A stretch of DNA of 64,000 bases from Prorocentrum cordatum (lineage: Eukaryota). The stretch lies in contig CAUYUJ010000199.1 of assembly GCA_963575745.1 (NCBI GenBank), positions 1 through 64,000 on the forward strand. The letters run 5' to 3'. The notes under the pieces are model-generated. The model saw nothing but the letters and a program-made list of their open reading frames with translations. It was not told the origin of the DNA and searched no databases. Made by a program: the position numbers and the translations under genes. This document shows, piece by piece, positions 12,833 to 22,420 of this stretch (its first letter is position 1; every line of letters begins with the position of its first letter).

Positions 12833-13067
12833 GTAATGAACATGGCATCATGATCGCCATGTTCGTTTTTGAACATGACGTAACGCGTTTGCACACAACG
12901 CGGTCTGAACGGCACGAGTGCCATTCGTTCTTGCCGCGGCTGTCCGCCGCGCACACGATCAGCTTGATCGACGGGCTTACGGGCCCGACGTTTACGGCAT
13001 GCATGCAAGCAGAAAAATCGGGGCTAGGATCCAGTCCAACGCCGATTCGAATCTAGGAGGAGGAGGA

Positions 13068-13099
<32 letters not shown>

Positions 13100-13746
13100 G
13101 AGGAGGAGGAGGAGGAGGAGGAGGAGGAGGAGGAGGAGGGATATCGAGGATCGGGGATCGATCGAGGGTCGGAGGAAGAGGGGAAGGAGGAGGAGGAGCC
13201 TCGAGGAGGAGGAGGAAAAGGAAGAGGAAAGGAGGGGAGAAGAGGGAGGAGGAGGACGGGGAGGAGGAGGAGGAGGAGGAGGAGGAGGAGAATGAAGAGG
13301 GGGAGAAAGGGAAGGAGGAGGAAGATTGGGAGAGGCGGCAAACGATCAGAATTGTTCAAACTTCTCTGACATGCGATTTCGGACCAAGGGCGAGTGGTCT
13401 TGGGGGAAAGGGAGGAAGGCAGCGGCAGCAGCAGCAGCAGCAAGAAGAGAAGGAGGAGGCGAAGGAGGAGGAGGAGGACAGGGGTGGACCTGGGACCCCG
13501 CTTTTACTATGTCCTTGAAGTCTCGAGCGGGGTTCGGCGGTGGCGTGCCGCAGGCTTGTCCATAGATCTTGGGAATCGTGCAATACCCCCTATAACCTGT
13601 GTCTCGATTCTTATGGCGTGTTACCTGAATCAGAGTGGAAGTAACCCAGATGAAACACTGCGGAGATCATTGTGGGCCAGATGTGTTCAGCCAGGGCCCT
13701 ATGGGGATCTTTTTTTCTTTTTGGAGGCTCACGCTCCTGGCGCCGC

Positions 13747-15915
13747 TCAAAACCACATCTCTGTGGGCAGTGCGTGTTCAGTCTGGGCGAGGTGAAACTT
13801 GGCGAACAATCTTCGCTCAAAGGTAAGTCTATGGCAACGCGCGGCTATGTGCACAATTGTTTTGTTTAAGCCTTCATCGGAATATGAATGATATGCCCTT
13901 GGGTTCCCTTTGAATGCAGAGTCAATTGAAGAATGTACGAATCCATGATGCTTGGGTTTCACTGGAACTCCCGCCTGCTGAGCAAAACGATTGTGCGCCA
14001 GTGAACAACGAACCAACAGCTCAGACGCTGCTATCGGTAGGAGCCTTGTGTGTGCAGCGACTGTACCCATCCAGGTCTCAATGGCCTCGCCAGCCTGGAT
14101 CAGAGCACCCGCGTCAGTTATTTCAAACAAGCGCTCGCGGAACTGCCTCAACATCTTCAACACGTATGGGAAAAAATGCTTCGTTTCAGCAGCTTTGAGG
14201 CTCAAGGACGGGTCATCGTACTGCCCCAACATACTCGGCACCAAGCGTCCAACACGCGTGATGCCTCCTCTCCTCTCGGGCGGCAGTGTCCTCGGGAGCG
14301 ATTGAAAATCAATTGTCACCTCTTTTTCTGCGCCCCTCCCCCAGGACCCCAGATGATATGTCCAAATGTCATGTGCTGCGTGCGCACCACATGCAATTTG
14401 GACCCCCTCCTCAAACACAACACTAGATAGTGGGTGGCTAATGTTTCAGGTGCTGAGCGGTCCTAGTGTATTCGGGATACCATCTGTGAAGGCCTGCGGT
14501 AAGGGACAACACTGTTTGCCTCATTTTTTCTCGTCGGGTTGTTGCACCAGAATTAAACACACCAATTTCGCTCATGTACCAAATCGAAGTCCCCAAATAG
14601 TCTTGCAGCACTCCAAGATGCACCGTGTGTAGGATGTCAATCCCTATACAGTCTAGCCCAATGCCAAGATACAATACGAACAATGGGTGCCTCCTGCTGG
14701 CCATGATAGGTTTTTGAGATCTCCAAAATAGAACTATGCACGGAAACTTGGTAATACTCTCAAATGCCATTGTGTGAGGGAGTTGGCAGGATGGTTCCAA
14801 ACGATCACCCTGACGCAACAGAGTGTCCCCGACCTTGATGTCACGCGATAACACCCTACCCTTCTGTTTTGGTTTGCTTTCTAGTGCGGACCTGATTTCA
14901 AAATGACTACCGCGATCTGGGATGGAAACCCATATCTCGCACGACGTGCAATATTTATCGTAATCATCTTGTGTTTTTTCTGCCACGTGTTCACGTCGAG
15001 CGAATTAAAGTCCTTCTTTTGAATATGGCATTTGAAACAACAATGGAAGTTCGCACTCCAAGATGTTAAGCCCCACCGCTGAACTATTTCAGCCCAGTCA
15101 CCAATAATATCAAGAACCACGACCCTAAAACCTAAAGGCTTTCCACTCTTGAGTGCGCGGCCCCCATCTGAGAACAACCAGTCGGCCCCGTCGTGCCTCG
15201 CAGAGGGCCAGCGCCCCTGAGCGAGAGCCTCTAAGCTCCACTTGACAAATTCAAAAAATGAGAACAGCGAGTCCCAACCCCCGCAGCCGCAGTTGCAGAA
15301 GTCCGACTTTCGGACTGAAAAACATAAATGTCTGAAGGCACTGTTGATAAACCGCACAGTGAAGGCCAGCACGCTATCCCGTGACTGATATTCAGACGCG
15401 TCTACATATAAAACCAACGGGATCGTCGCACATCTTTCTTCGTTCGCAAGCCCGACAATAAGGGGATGCTTCTCGAAACATTCGACCCACTCTCTTCCAG
15501 AAATCGCATCTCTCCAAGCTGTTCGAATTTCAGGGTGGGCCTCCAATTCTCTTGCCAAGGCTTCGTGGGGTGGCATAGTACAAGACTCAACCATTTCAAT
15601 ATCACCAGCATATTTTGAATACATCGGAACTTTGATGCGGTACAGTTTCTCGTCTTCCTTAGCGAACCCGAGCGCCCGGTCTAGTTTTCTCTGGAAGTGG
15701 CCCGAGGGGCTCTCGGGGGGTAATCCGTATTTCCTCGCTTCTCGCACCCCAGCTTCAGCAGCATAGTGACATAAGATACAAGCCCTTCGGGCGCTGATCT
15801 CGCCTGCCAAATACGGTTCAATGATCTCTTGAACAAAGAGCTCCCCAGGATTCGGGCCAGGTGGTCCGTCCCCAGCGTCCCAAGGGGGGACATCCCATTC
15901 AGCATGTCGCTTCAT
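13747..15915 (-). CDS. DDE transposase of the CMC (CACTA/EnSpm/Mirage/Chapaev)/Plavaka type, ~665 aa reconstructed with one intron and one homopolymer frameshift
   Basis: Joins ORFs 14881..15966 (from ATG 15915), 14438..14986 and 13747..14418. Motifs: PLVLYVD (first Asp), IIGDW (second Asp), CCFKC (C-x2-C), DILHTVHLG ([M/L]H), KPKHHGFVH (H-x3/4-H), NPRAYHSYSDE (Glu). The frame is restored by adding one A to the A6 run at 14974-14979. Confidence 0.75.
14291..14462 (-). other. Predicted 172-nt intron with a non-canonical GA donor (AG|GA...AG|G)
   Basis: Removing it fuses ...HRWYPEYTR to TLPPERRGGITRV in frame and removes the stop at 14438. AGGAC is repeated at both junctions. An alternative in-frame GT donor lies 18 nt upstream. 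Confidence 0.6.
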
Positions 15916-15925
15916 GAATGCAAGG

Positions 15926-15946
15926 TTTGGGCTAAAATGCTTCGGA
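15926..15946 (-). other. Spliced-leader-like 21-mer upstream of the transposase
   Basis: TCCGAAGCATTTTAGCCCAAA versus TCCGTAGCCATTTTGGCTCAAG (17/22 with one gap); ends 10 nt before ATG 15915. Confidence 0.6.
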
Positions 15947-16277
15947 ACCAATGGCGATAAATACACCGATGCATCCCCTCCACGCTTATACTCCCTCCTA
16001 CCTCCTCCGTCTTTGCCTCCTCCACATCCTCCTCCCTTCCTTTGCTGTGACTACCCAGCTTCGTCTGCGCTCAGTCCCTTGTGATCCCACGCTCTCTCCA
16101 ACGCCCCCCCCCCCGTCTCTCATTGTTCAGTTGCTACGTGGGCGGCGACGGTGTTCTTGGCATGGGGCGTTTTGTTAGGGGAGAAGGATGGCCGAGGGAG
16201 AGAAGGGAGGAGAGGTTTCCGATCGTTGATCATTGCGACATTCTGAATGGGATGTAGATTCAGTCCGAGTGCGAACC

Positions 16278-17009
16278 CTACGCCGAGCGATCCACGCCTG
16301 GCAGGACGCCTCGATTAAGATCTACAAGCGTTTGCACAAACTGCTCTGGGTAAGCGCTGGATGCAGTCGTGCGTTTTTTGTTGCCGTTGAAACGTCCCCT
16401 CTTGCATTTAGAAGTTAGGCGCTGCGAGGGTCTGGGCATGTTATGATACTTCGAACTTGCCAGGCGTTCAAACTGCGACGCCCATGCAGCATTCGTGAAA
16501 CCCACCTGCGGCTTGGGCGACGCGTGTCCGAAAACAAATATGTGCCACTTCACGCGCTGAGCCCCCGTGCGAGAAATGGCATCTTCGATTGCAGGATGGT
16601 GCCAAAATACTGAATTGGCAGGCTGTTCGACGAAGAACACGAGACCCAAATAGCTACACAGCATGATGTAATCGGCAACGAACTCTGCCACTCTATTGAA
16701 AATTATTGTCAATTTGTTGTCGTGCCCCAGAGGGTTCTTCAGCGTGCGCCCATGAGACCGTCTCGAAAGCCCAACGAAGTTCTTGCACGGAGGATCCAAA
16801 AGCACCAAACTGCCAGAGACACATCGCACGAGCATGGCCACAGCGCTGCGAACCCCTGGAGGCCGAGTAATATCATGAGATTTGTCGAGAGTTCCCGAGT
16901 CGAAAGCCCCGCAGTCCAGACCGCTGTTCTGCATGAAATCAGAGAAGGTTCCAACGCCAGCAAACCCATCTACCCCGTACAGGCGAGGCTGGTCGCGCGT
17001 GATCGCCAT
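16278..17009 (-). CDS. C5 cytosine DNA methyltransferase-like protein (~243 aa from ATG 17009)
   Basis: Motif I VDGFAGVG (FxGxG), AFD...HDIT, motif IV LDPPCKNF (catalytic PC), motif VI FFVEQPANS, SPKPQ..FTN and C-terminal SSAYPEQF, in canonical order in an uninterrupted ORF. Confidence 0.8.
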   Translation of the reverse strand: MAITRDQPRLYGVDGFAGVGTFSDFMQNSGLDCGAFDSGTLDKSHDITRPPGVRSAVAMLVRCVSGSLVLLDPPCKNFVGLSRRSHGRTLKNPLGHDNKLTIIFNRVAEFVADYIMLCSYLGLVFFVEQPANSVFWHHPAIEDAISRTGAQRVKWHIFVFGHASPKPQVGFTNAAWASQFERLASSKYHNMPRPSQRLTSKCKRGRFNGNKKRTTASSAYPEQFVQTLVDLNRGVLPGVDRSA

Positions 17010-17099
17010 CAGCTCAAACAGGAGGCAACCCCAGCCAACAGGAATGCATCCAGATAGCGGCATCCCAGTGAGCGTTTCGTTCCTCAGCGGCCCGAAAAT

Positions 17100-17120
17100 C
17101 TTGAGCCAGATGGCTACGGA
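17100..17120 (-). other. Spliced-leader-like 21-mer upstream of the methyltransferase
   Basis: TCCGTAGCCATCTGGCTCAAG, one deletion and one mismatch from DinoSL; 90 nt before ATG 17009. Confidence 0.85.
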
Positions 17121-17824
17121 GACCAAGGTGCCCTGGGACCATGGATTTGCAAGACATTCTCAATTGGGGGCGGCTCTCGATCTCATCCTCCGTCCCACTC
17201 GCAGTCTAATCCTCGAGGTCACAGCCCCTGAGGCGTTTTCGAAGGGCCTTCCCTCCCAAGCATTGCAAAAAAGAGAAGGGTGGGCATCAACTTCTCTCGG
17301 GTCAGCCGTTGCATACACGCGTGTTTCCAGCGTGCTAAGACGTTGGGAGAGAGCGAGACGCGAGAGTGGGAAAGGAAGCATGCACATGGACGACAATGGG
17401 GGGAGGGGGTGTGTGAGGATATGTTTCTTGTTTTGCAGGCTGCTTGCTTCCCCTCGCGCTGCTCCTGCAGCGCTGTAGCGTTCCAAACCAGCGAAAGTAC
17501 GTCGGGCCATCAGAAATTGCATCCGATTCAGAGCTGATTTGGACCTTGTCAAAAGTCATCGCAACCTCATCGAAAAAGTCATCGCTAACATGTAACACCT
17601 CATCGCATAACTCACCGGTCGTTTTTGAGGAATGTATCAGGGATTCTGCCTACCTCATCGCAAAGTCATCGCAAACCTCATCGGTGCGAACTCATCGCCA
17701 AACTCATCGGTCCGAAATCGCTCGAGGCCCTGGGAAAACCGGTCTGGATCCTAAAATTCTGGCAACCGCTGCAAACATTCGATATACCTGCGATGGCAGG
17801 CCCCCAGGCACACAGCTGTATGGC

Positions 17825-19118
17825 TCAAGCGGAAGTGGCCGAGTACTCCGAGTGCATCTTCGTGATCCTCTGGCACCTGGCGTGCACCTGATCGAGCAGC
17901 GGCTTCAGGATGGCGACGCAATTGCTGACCTGCTTCACGAACTCCGAGTCTCCAAGGCCCCTCTTGGTGTTGATAATGTTGTTGCTGATCGGAACTGTGT
18001 TCAGTATCGATGGGCACGCTGCCTTGGCTTTCCCCACGTCGTTTTTCAACTGAACTGCTATTGGTGAATCCTCGTGGAACCAGTCCTTCCAGATCGGATG
18101 CCTCTCGGTGGCCGCCTTCATAATCTCGTCGGCGCTCCCAATGCTGTTGCGCCAGCTGGCGAGGATATCCTTGAGGTCCCTCTCCGACTTGCTGACCATC
18201 TTCTTGTCTGGCGTGGCTGGCTCGAGATCATCGACGGGGCCCGCGTCAGCCGTAGGCTGCTTCCTCTTCTTATTTGGTCTCACAGGCTTCCTGGGGGCAT
18301 CGTCGTCATCGTCATCCTTGCCCAGTTCCTGCTTGATGCCCCACGCCCTCTCCAGAATCTCGGTGAAGCCCTCCTCCTGGTGAGCGAACCTCTGCCCGAG
18401 CTTGACGCAGTGCTTGGCTATGTTGATCCCCACTGTCTCGTCGTGCTCCTTGGCGATGATCTGCTTCAGCGAGCGGTAGTACGTCTTGCTCCAGTCGATT
18501 TGTCTGGTGATTTCTGTCTGCGTGATCTTCTCCCTGAGCACCTTCGCCTTAGTTTCTGCCCACTTTTTGCGGCGCTCCTTCTTCTCGTCTGGATCCATTT
18601 TCTGGTATTTCTCGAGCTCCTTGGCGTTGATCTTCTTTCTGAGCCACCTGTCGAAAGCTGAATACTCGGGAGTCCTCGCCACAACTCCATGCACGGATGC
18701 GTGCTCGTAGGTCCGAACCCGCTGATCCGTCTCTTGCTTGACCTCCCCAGCCTCTGCGGCTTCCTCCTGCAGCTCCTCTTCGATCTTCTCCAGGGTGCTC
18801 GGCTCCATGCCCGTCATGCTAGATGGGAAGGCGGCGTGCTCTTGGCCTTGGTCGCTGCCGTACTGACGATCGAGCTCGCTGACCTCCATGTGCTGTTGGC
18901 TGACGGCGCCTGGCTGCTGTCCAAGGTCACTCGGCTGCGGGATGGGCTGCGGGTTCACGGGCTCCGAGACAGAACCCGCGAGTGCGATGGCGGCGGCCCC
19001 GAAGTCGGCGTCGCCCGGTGGCGGCATCGGCAGTTGCGTTGAAGTCGCGGCGGAGGGTGCGGGCTCTGCTGGCGCTGCTGGCGCCGCCTGACCGCTGGCG
19101 CCGCCTGGCGTTGGCGCT

Positions 19119-19151
<33 letters not shown>

Positions 19152-19270
19152 GCGTTGGAGTCGTCTTCGATCTCGATGATGGGCGCCTGGGGATACACGA
19201 CCTCCACGAGGCCCGATGCTCCAAGCCGACGGCCCACGCCGCTGAAAGGCACGAAGCGACGATCGCCCAT
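17825..19270 (-). CDS. Transposon accessory protein (481 aa): SHP-box-like and SIM-like motifs, polyQ/Pro-rich linker, charged helical C-terminal region
   Basis: Long ORF, mostly non-repetitive, with GC-rich third positions; N-terminus FVPFSGVGRRLG...IIEIEDD; basic patch KPVRPNKKRK; SL-like sequence upstream. Confidence 0.7.
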
Positions 19271-19328
19271 GGCGAGGATTGCTCGACAACAATCGAGTGT
19301 CGGTTGTTTGGCTTGGCCCTAGGCTGAG

Positions 19329-19350
19329 TTTGAGCCAACATGGTTACGGA
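19329..19350 (-). other. Spliced-leader-like 22-mer upstream of ORF 17825..19270
   Basis: TCCGTAACCATGTTGGCTCAAA, 19/22 identical to DinoSL; 58 nt before the ATG. Confidence 0.8.
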
Positions 19351-20497
19351 AAGAGGGCGTTGACCGAAATTGGAAACGCAGTTTCAAGCTAGCAGGCGAC
19401 CGTTCGGGCAGGACCAGGACCATGCCGCCGATGAAAGCAACGCGGCGAAATTTCGGAAGGGAAGGGATCAGCAGCACAAAGGAGGAGGAGGAGGAGGAGG
19501 AGAAGGAGGAGGGGTACTCTCAAGAACAGTCCCAAAGTCTGTGCAATCCCACCCTTGTCAGATTTCGGCATACTGAATCTGGAATTCTTCGGGCGAAGCA
19601 CGTGAGATGAGATGGGGTCAACGCGTGATCCAAACGGGGCGGGTATTGAAACTTGATTGCTACCTCATTGCCACCTCGCTGCCCTGTTCAGTAAGCGACC
19701 CCCTATAATCGTTTCGCCTACCTTTGCATTTTTCGATTGGGTGAGAGGGCCTGGACGTTTTCACTCGCGTTGCTTGATTTCTGCGAGAGCCCCGAACACA
19801 AGCACTTCAAATGATCCCGATTTTGCTTACAAGGTTGCCTCTTTTGCTCATGCTGCTGCTGCCGCTGCTGCTCTGGCTCTTCCTCATCCTCCTCTGTCTC
19901 ATCCCTCTCCTCCCACCTTCCCTCCTCGCTGTCCTCATCCGCTTCCTCGTGTTCCTCCTTCCTTTCCTGATCCTCCTCGCTCCTAGCATGGTCCTCTTCT
20001 TTCCATCTGAACATGGTCACCGCCGTCCTTGTCGCGAGTTTCGTCGCCTGCCGCCCTCCCCAGCGCGCTCTCAAGACTGCAGTCGGAGGTGCAGGAAGGA
20101 CGGCGATCGAGAGGGGCCAGGAGGAGACGTGGGTAGCAGGATGGCCAATCTGAGAATTCAGGAGGTCCCTGGAAGAGCATCCGATACGTTCAAAAGGCCC
20201 TTGGGTCCGGCGTTTCAGGCATACTCCCCCACTCTCTTCCTCCATCTCTGTCCTCCCTCCTCCCCTCCCTTGCTACCCCTCTTCGATGCTGGTGGGTGCG
20301 ATGTGACTGGATGCGATGTCACTGGGCACATGCTTAACTTGTGACCAACTGCTGCTGAAAGGCAGTTCGAAGTGAATGCACGCAGTCGCAAGGCTGAGGA
20401 CAAACTGACATGCTCGAGAAAATATGGATGGGCATGCGTGGCGAAACTGGGACGCCCTGTACACTCTGCAGTGTAAAGCTCAACTGAAGTAGGAATA

Positions 20498-21868
20498 TCA
20501 CTCAACCGATTTGTGAAGTTTCTCGACCTCCTTTGCGCCGAACGCTTTCATGGCATCAAGGTCCTTGATTTTGTTACTGCACAACTTTTTAGCGATGCCA
20601 GTTGCAACTTTCACACGCGTCTCTTCCATGCCCCCTCGAAGAACTGGCACTGCAAACCTCTGTTTGCCGTTCACGGCGATGTAGATCAGGAAACCTGTGT
20701 GGTTCACGCTATTGGCGCGGTCCTTCTTCCGCTTCACGACGATGTTCTCTTTGCCCCACGCGCCCTCGAAGTACGTCACCGATCCGCGAGGGGCCCTCGG
20801 CCCGCGACCAGGGCTGGCTTGGACGTAAGCTAAGTCCTCGTGGAAGAAGTCTTGGATGATATAGGATCGGCCGCCGCTGAAATTGCCAACCACCCTGTCG
20901 TTGGCGGTGGGCTGCACGTCCGTCGTGAACTCCTTCGGTTCGCCTGGGAAGCGAAACCAAGCGCCCTGCCCTCTCTCGAATCCCGTCTCGGGCTGCTCTT
21001 CTCCTCTGGCACCTTCGGGATCCTCGAGCGGCGGGGGGCCTGCTGGCACTGCCGACGGCGCTGCAGCTGGTAGGTCGTCAGCTGGTTCTTCTTCTGAGCT
21101 TTGGACCTCCTGGCGGTACTTGTCGAAGACGAAGGACTTCGGCATGCTCAGGTCGTAGAACGTCTCGGTGCCTGACGGCCTCTTGGAAGCTGCAGCATGA
21201 GCTACAGCTGGACGCTTCTTGACCTCGGCGTCCTCTGCACCATCGGGCTGTCCGACTCCCTCTTCCTCAGGGTCCTCTTCCTCAGGGTCCTCTTCATGCT
21301 CTTCCTCCTCCTCACCTTCGTCTTCGCAGTCGTCCTCGTCGTTGGATGGGCCGCCCAACTCTTCCGCTGCAGCTGGCTTCTTGGACGTACATCCGCTGGG
21401 CCGTTTCATGGGTGGAGCCGTAGCCGCGGTAGCGCTAGCTGGCCTCTTGCGAACGGCGTCGGCCTGGCTCTCAGGTTGGACGAGGTCGCTGATCTTCGCC
21501 GCCCACGACGGAACAGAAACCTGGCCGCATGCCCTGTTGTAGTGGCAGATCATGGTGCGCAATCGTTTGGCCAGCTGGCATGAAGCGGCCTTGTAGTCTT
21601 GTTGCAGGTCCCATTGTTTTGCTTTGTACACGCCAATGATTGCTCCCTTGGCCGTGCCCTGCGTGAGCCTATCTAACCCACGAGCTTGCAGGAACGTGAC
21701 TGTAGCTACGATCAGATCTTTTTGCTTCTCGATCAGCGTCACCTCGAGCGGTTCCTGCTTCATCTGATCACCATATTGAACGAAACCTGTTGTTGTTGCG
21801 AAGGGGAGCAGGACGGACGTAAGCGCTGACGTAACAGTTGCATTCTCACCATCATCTGAATCTGACAT
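20498..21868 (-). CDS. Transposon accessory protein (456 aa) of unknown function; KRP[AS] repeats and an acidic tract
   Basis: Uninterrupted ORF with RKRPAS, MKRPSG, KKPAA, KKRPAV and SKRPSG around an E/D-rich tract; basic C-terminal domain. Confidence 0.7.
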   Translation of the reverse strand: MSDSDDGENATVTSALTSVLLPFATTTGFVQYGDQMKQEPLEVTLIEKQKDLIVATVTFLQARGLDRLTQGTAKGAIIGVYKAKQWDLQQDYKAASCQLAKRLRTMICHYNRACGQVSVPSWAAKISDLVQPESQADAVRKRPASATAATAPPMKRPSGCTSKKPAAAEELGGPSNDEDDCEDEGEEEEEHEEDPEEEDPEEEGVGQPDGAEDAEVKKRPAVAHAAASKRPSGTETFYDLSMPKSFVFDKYRQEVQSSEEEPADDLPAAAPSAVPAGPPPLEDPEGARGEEQPETGFERGQGAWFRFPGEPKEFTTDVQPTANDRVVGNFSGGRSYIIQDFFHEDLAYVQASPGRGPRAPRGSVTYFEGAWGKENIVVKRKKDRANSVNHTGFLIYIAVNGKQRFAVPVLRGGMEETRVKVATGIAKKLCSNKIKDLDAMKAFGAKEVEKLHKSVE

Positions 21869-21893
21869 TGGTAGAAGAATTCGAGCACGCCCC

Positions 21894-21914
21894 TATAAGC
21901 CAAAAAGCTATGCA
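21894..21914 (-). other. Degenerate spliced-leader-like sequence upstream of ORF 20498..21868
   Basis: TGCATAGCTTTTTGGCTTATA retains TAGC and TTTTGGCT; about 25 nt before the ATG. Confidence 0.45.
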
Positions 21915-22420
21915 CAGATGACGCTACAATCGTTGAAGGCGTGTTGCTTCAGATGCTCACCCGTCCCTACTCTTCCTCCTCCTCTCCAAACACAGCCTCA
22001 AGCATTCACCTGGGACCGCTAGATCAATGACTTTGGGGCCGAGGACCCCCACAACGATAACTGAGAGGATGTCTCTGGTATGACATTGGAACCGCACAAG
22101 ACTAGTTGAGAGGATGTCTCTAGCATAACGCGACGACGCATGATATTGATATATCCATTTTGGGACCCCTACAACAGTAATTGAGAGGAGTTCTCTAGCG
22201 GGATGCGCCTGAATGCGAATCGTGGATCATGTTCGTAAATTCAATGGTGTTTCGACCGTTGGTGTGTGATCTGTGTACAACGTGACGTGCGCATGCGCAT
22301 GTTTTAACAGCGATGTATGTGCGTATGTGTTTTGTTGTTTTGTTTTTGGTTATCGTCCCTTTTTGTGTGGAATCAGTTGCGCTCACCTAGCAATGTAATT
22401 CCAGGTTTTAAATCTCCCCA

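Noticed and set aside
14974..14979. Programmed -1 ribosomal frameshift in the transposase
   Set aside because: The in-frame heptamer is G-AAA-AAA, not a canonical X-XXY-YYZ site; a homopolymer indel is the simpler explanation.
17812..17829. Plus-strand TGGCTCAAG as a fifth SL relic
   Set aside because: Only 9 nt match, it overlaps the stop codon of the minus-strand gene, and no convincing plus-strand ORF follows.
19718..20245. 175-aa acidic ORF inside the transposon
   Set aside because: Largely low-complexity GA-rich sequence with no motif or clear leader; cannot be supported as a gene, though an exon is not excluded.
13747..21868. Bacterial restriction-modification operon or prophage contamination
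   Set aside because: SL-like leaders, a probable intron, eukaryotic transposase motifs, TIRs and internal microsatellites indicate a native eukaryotic element.
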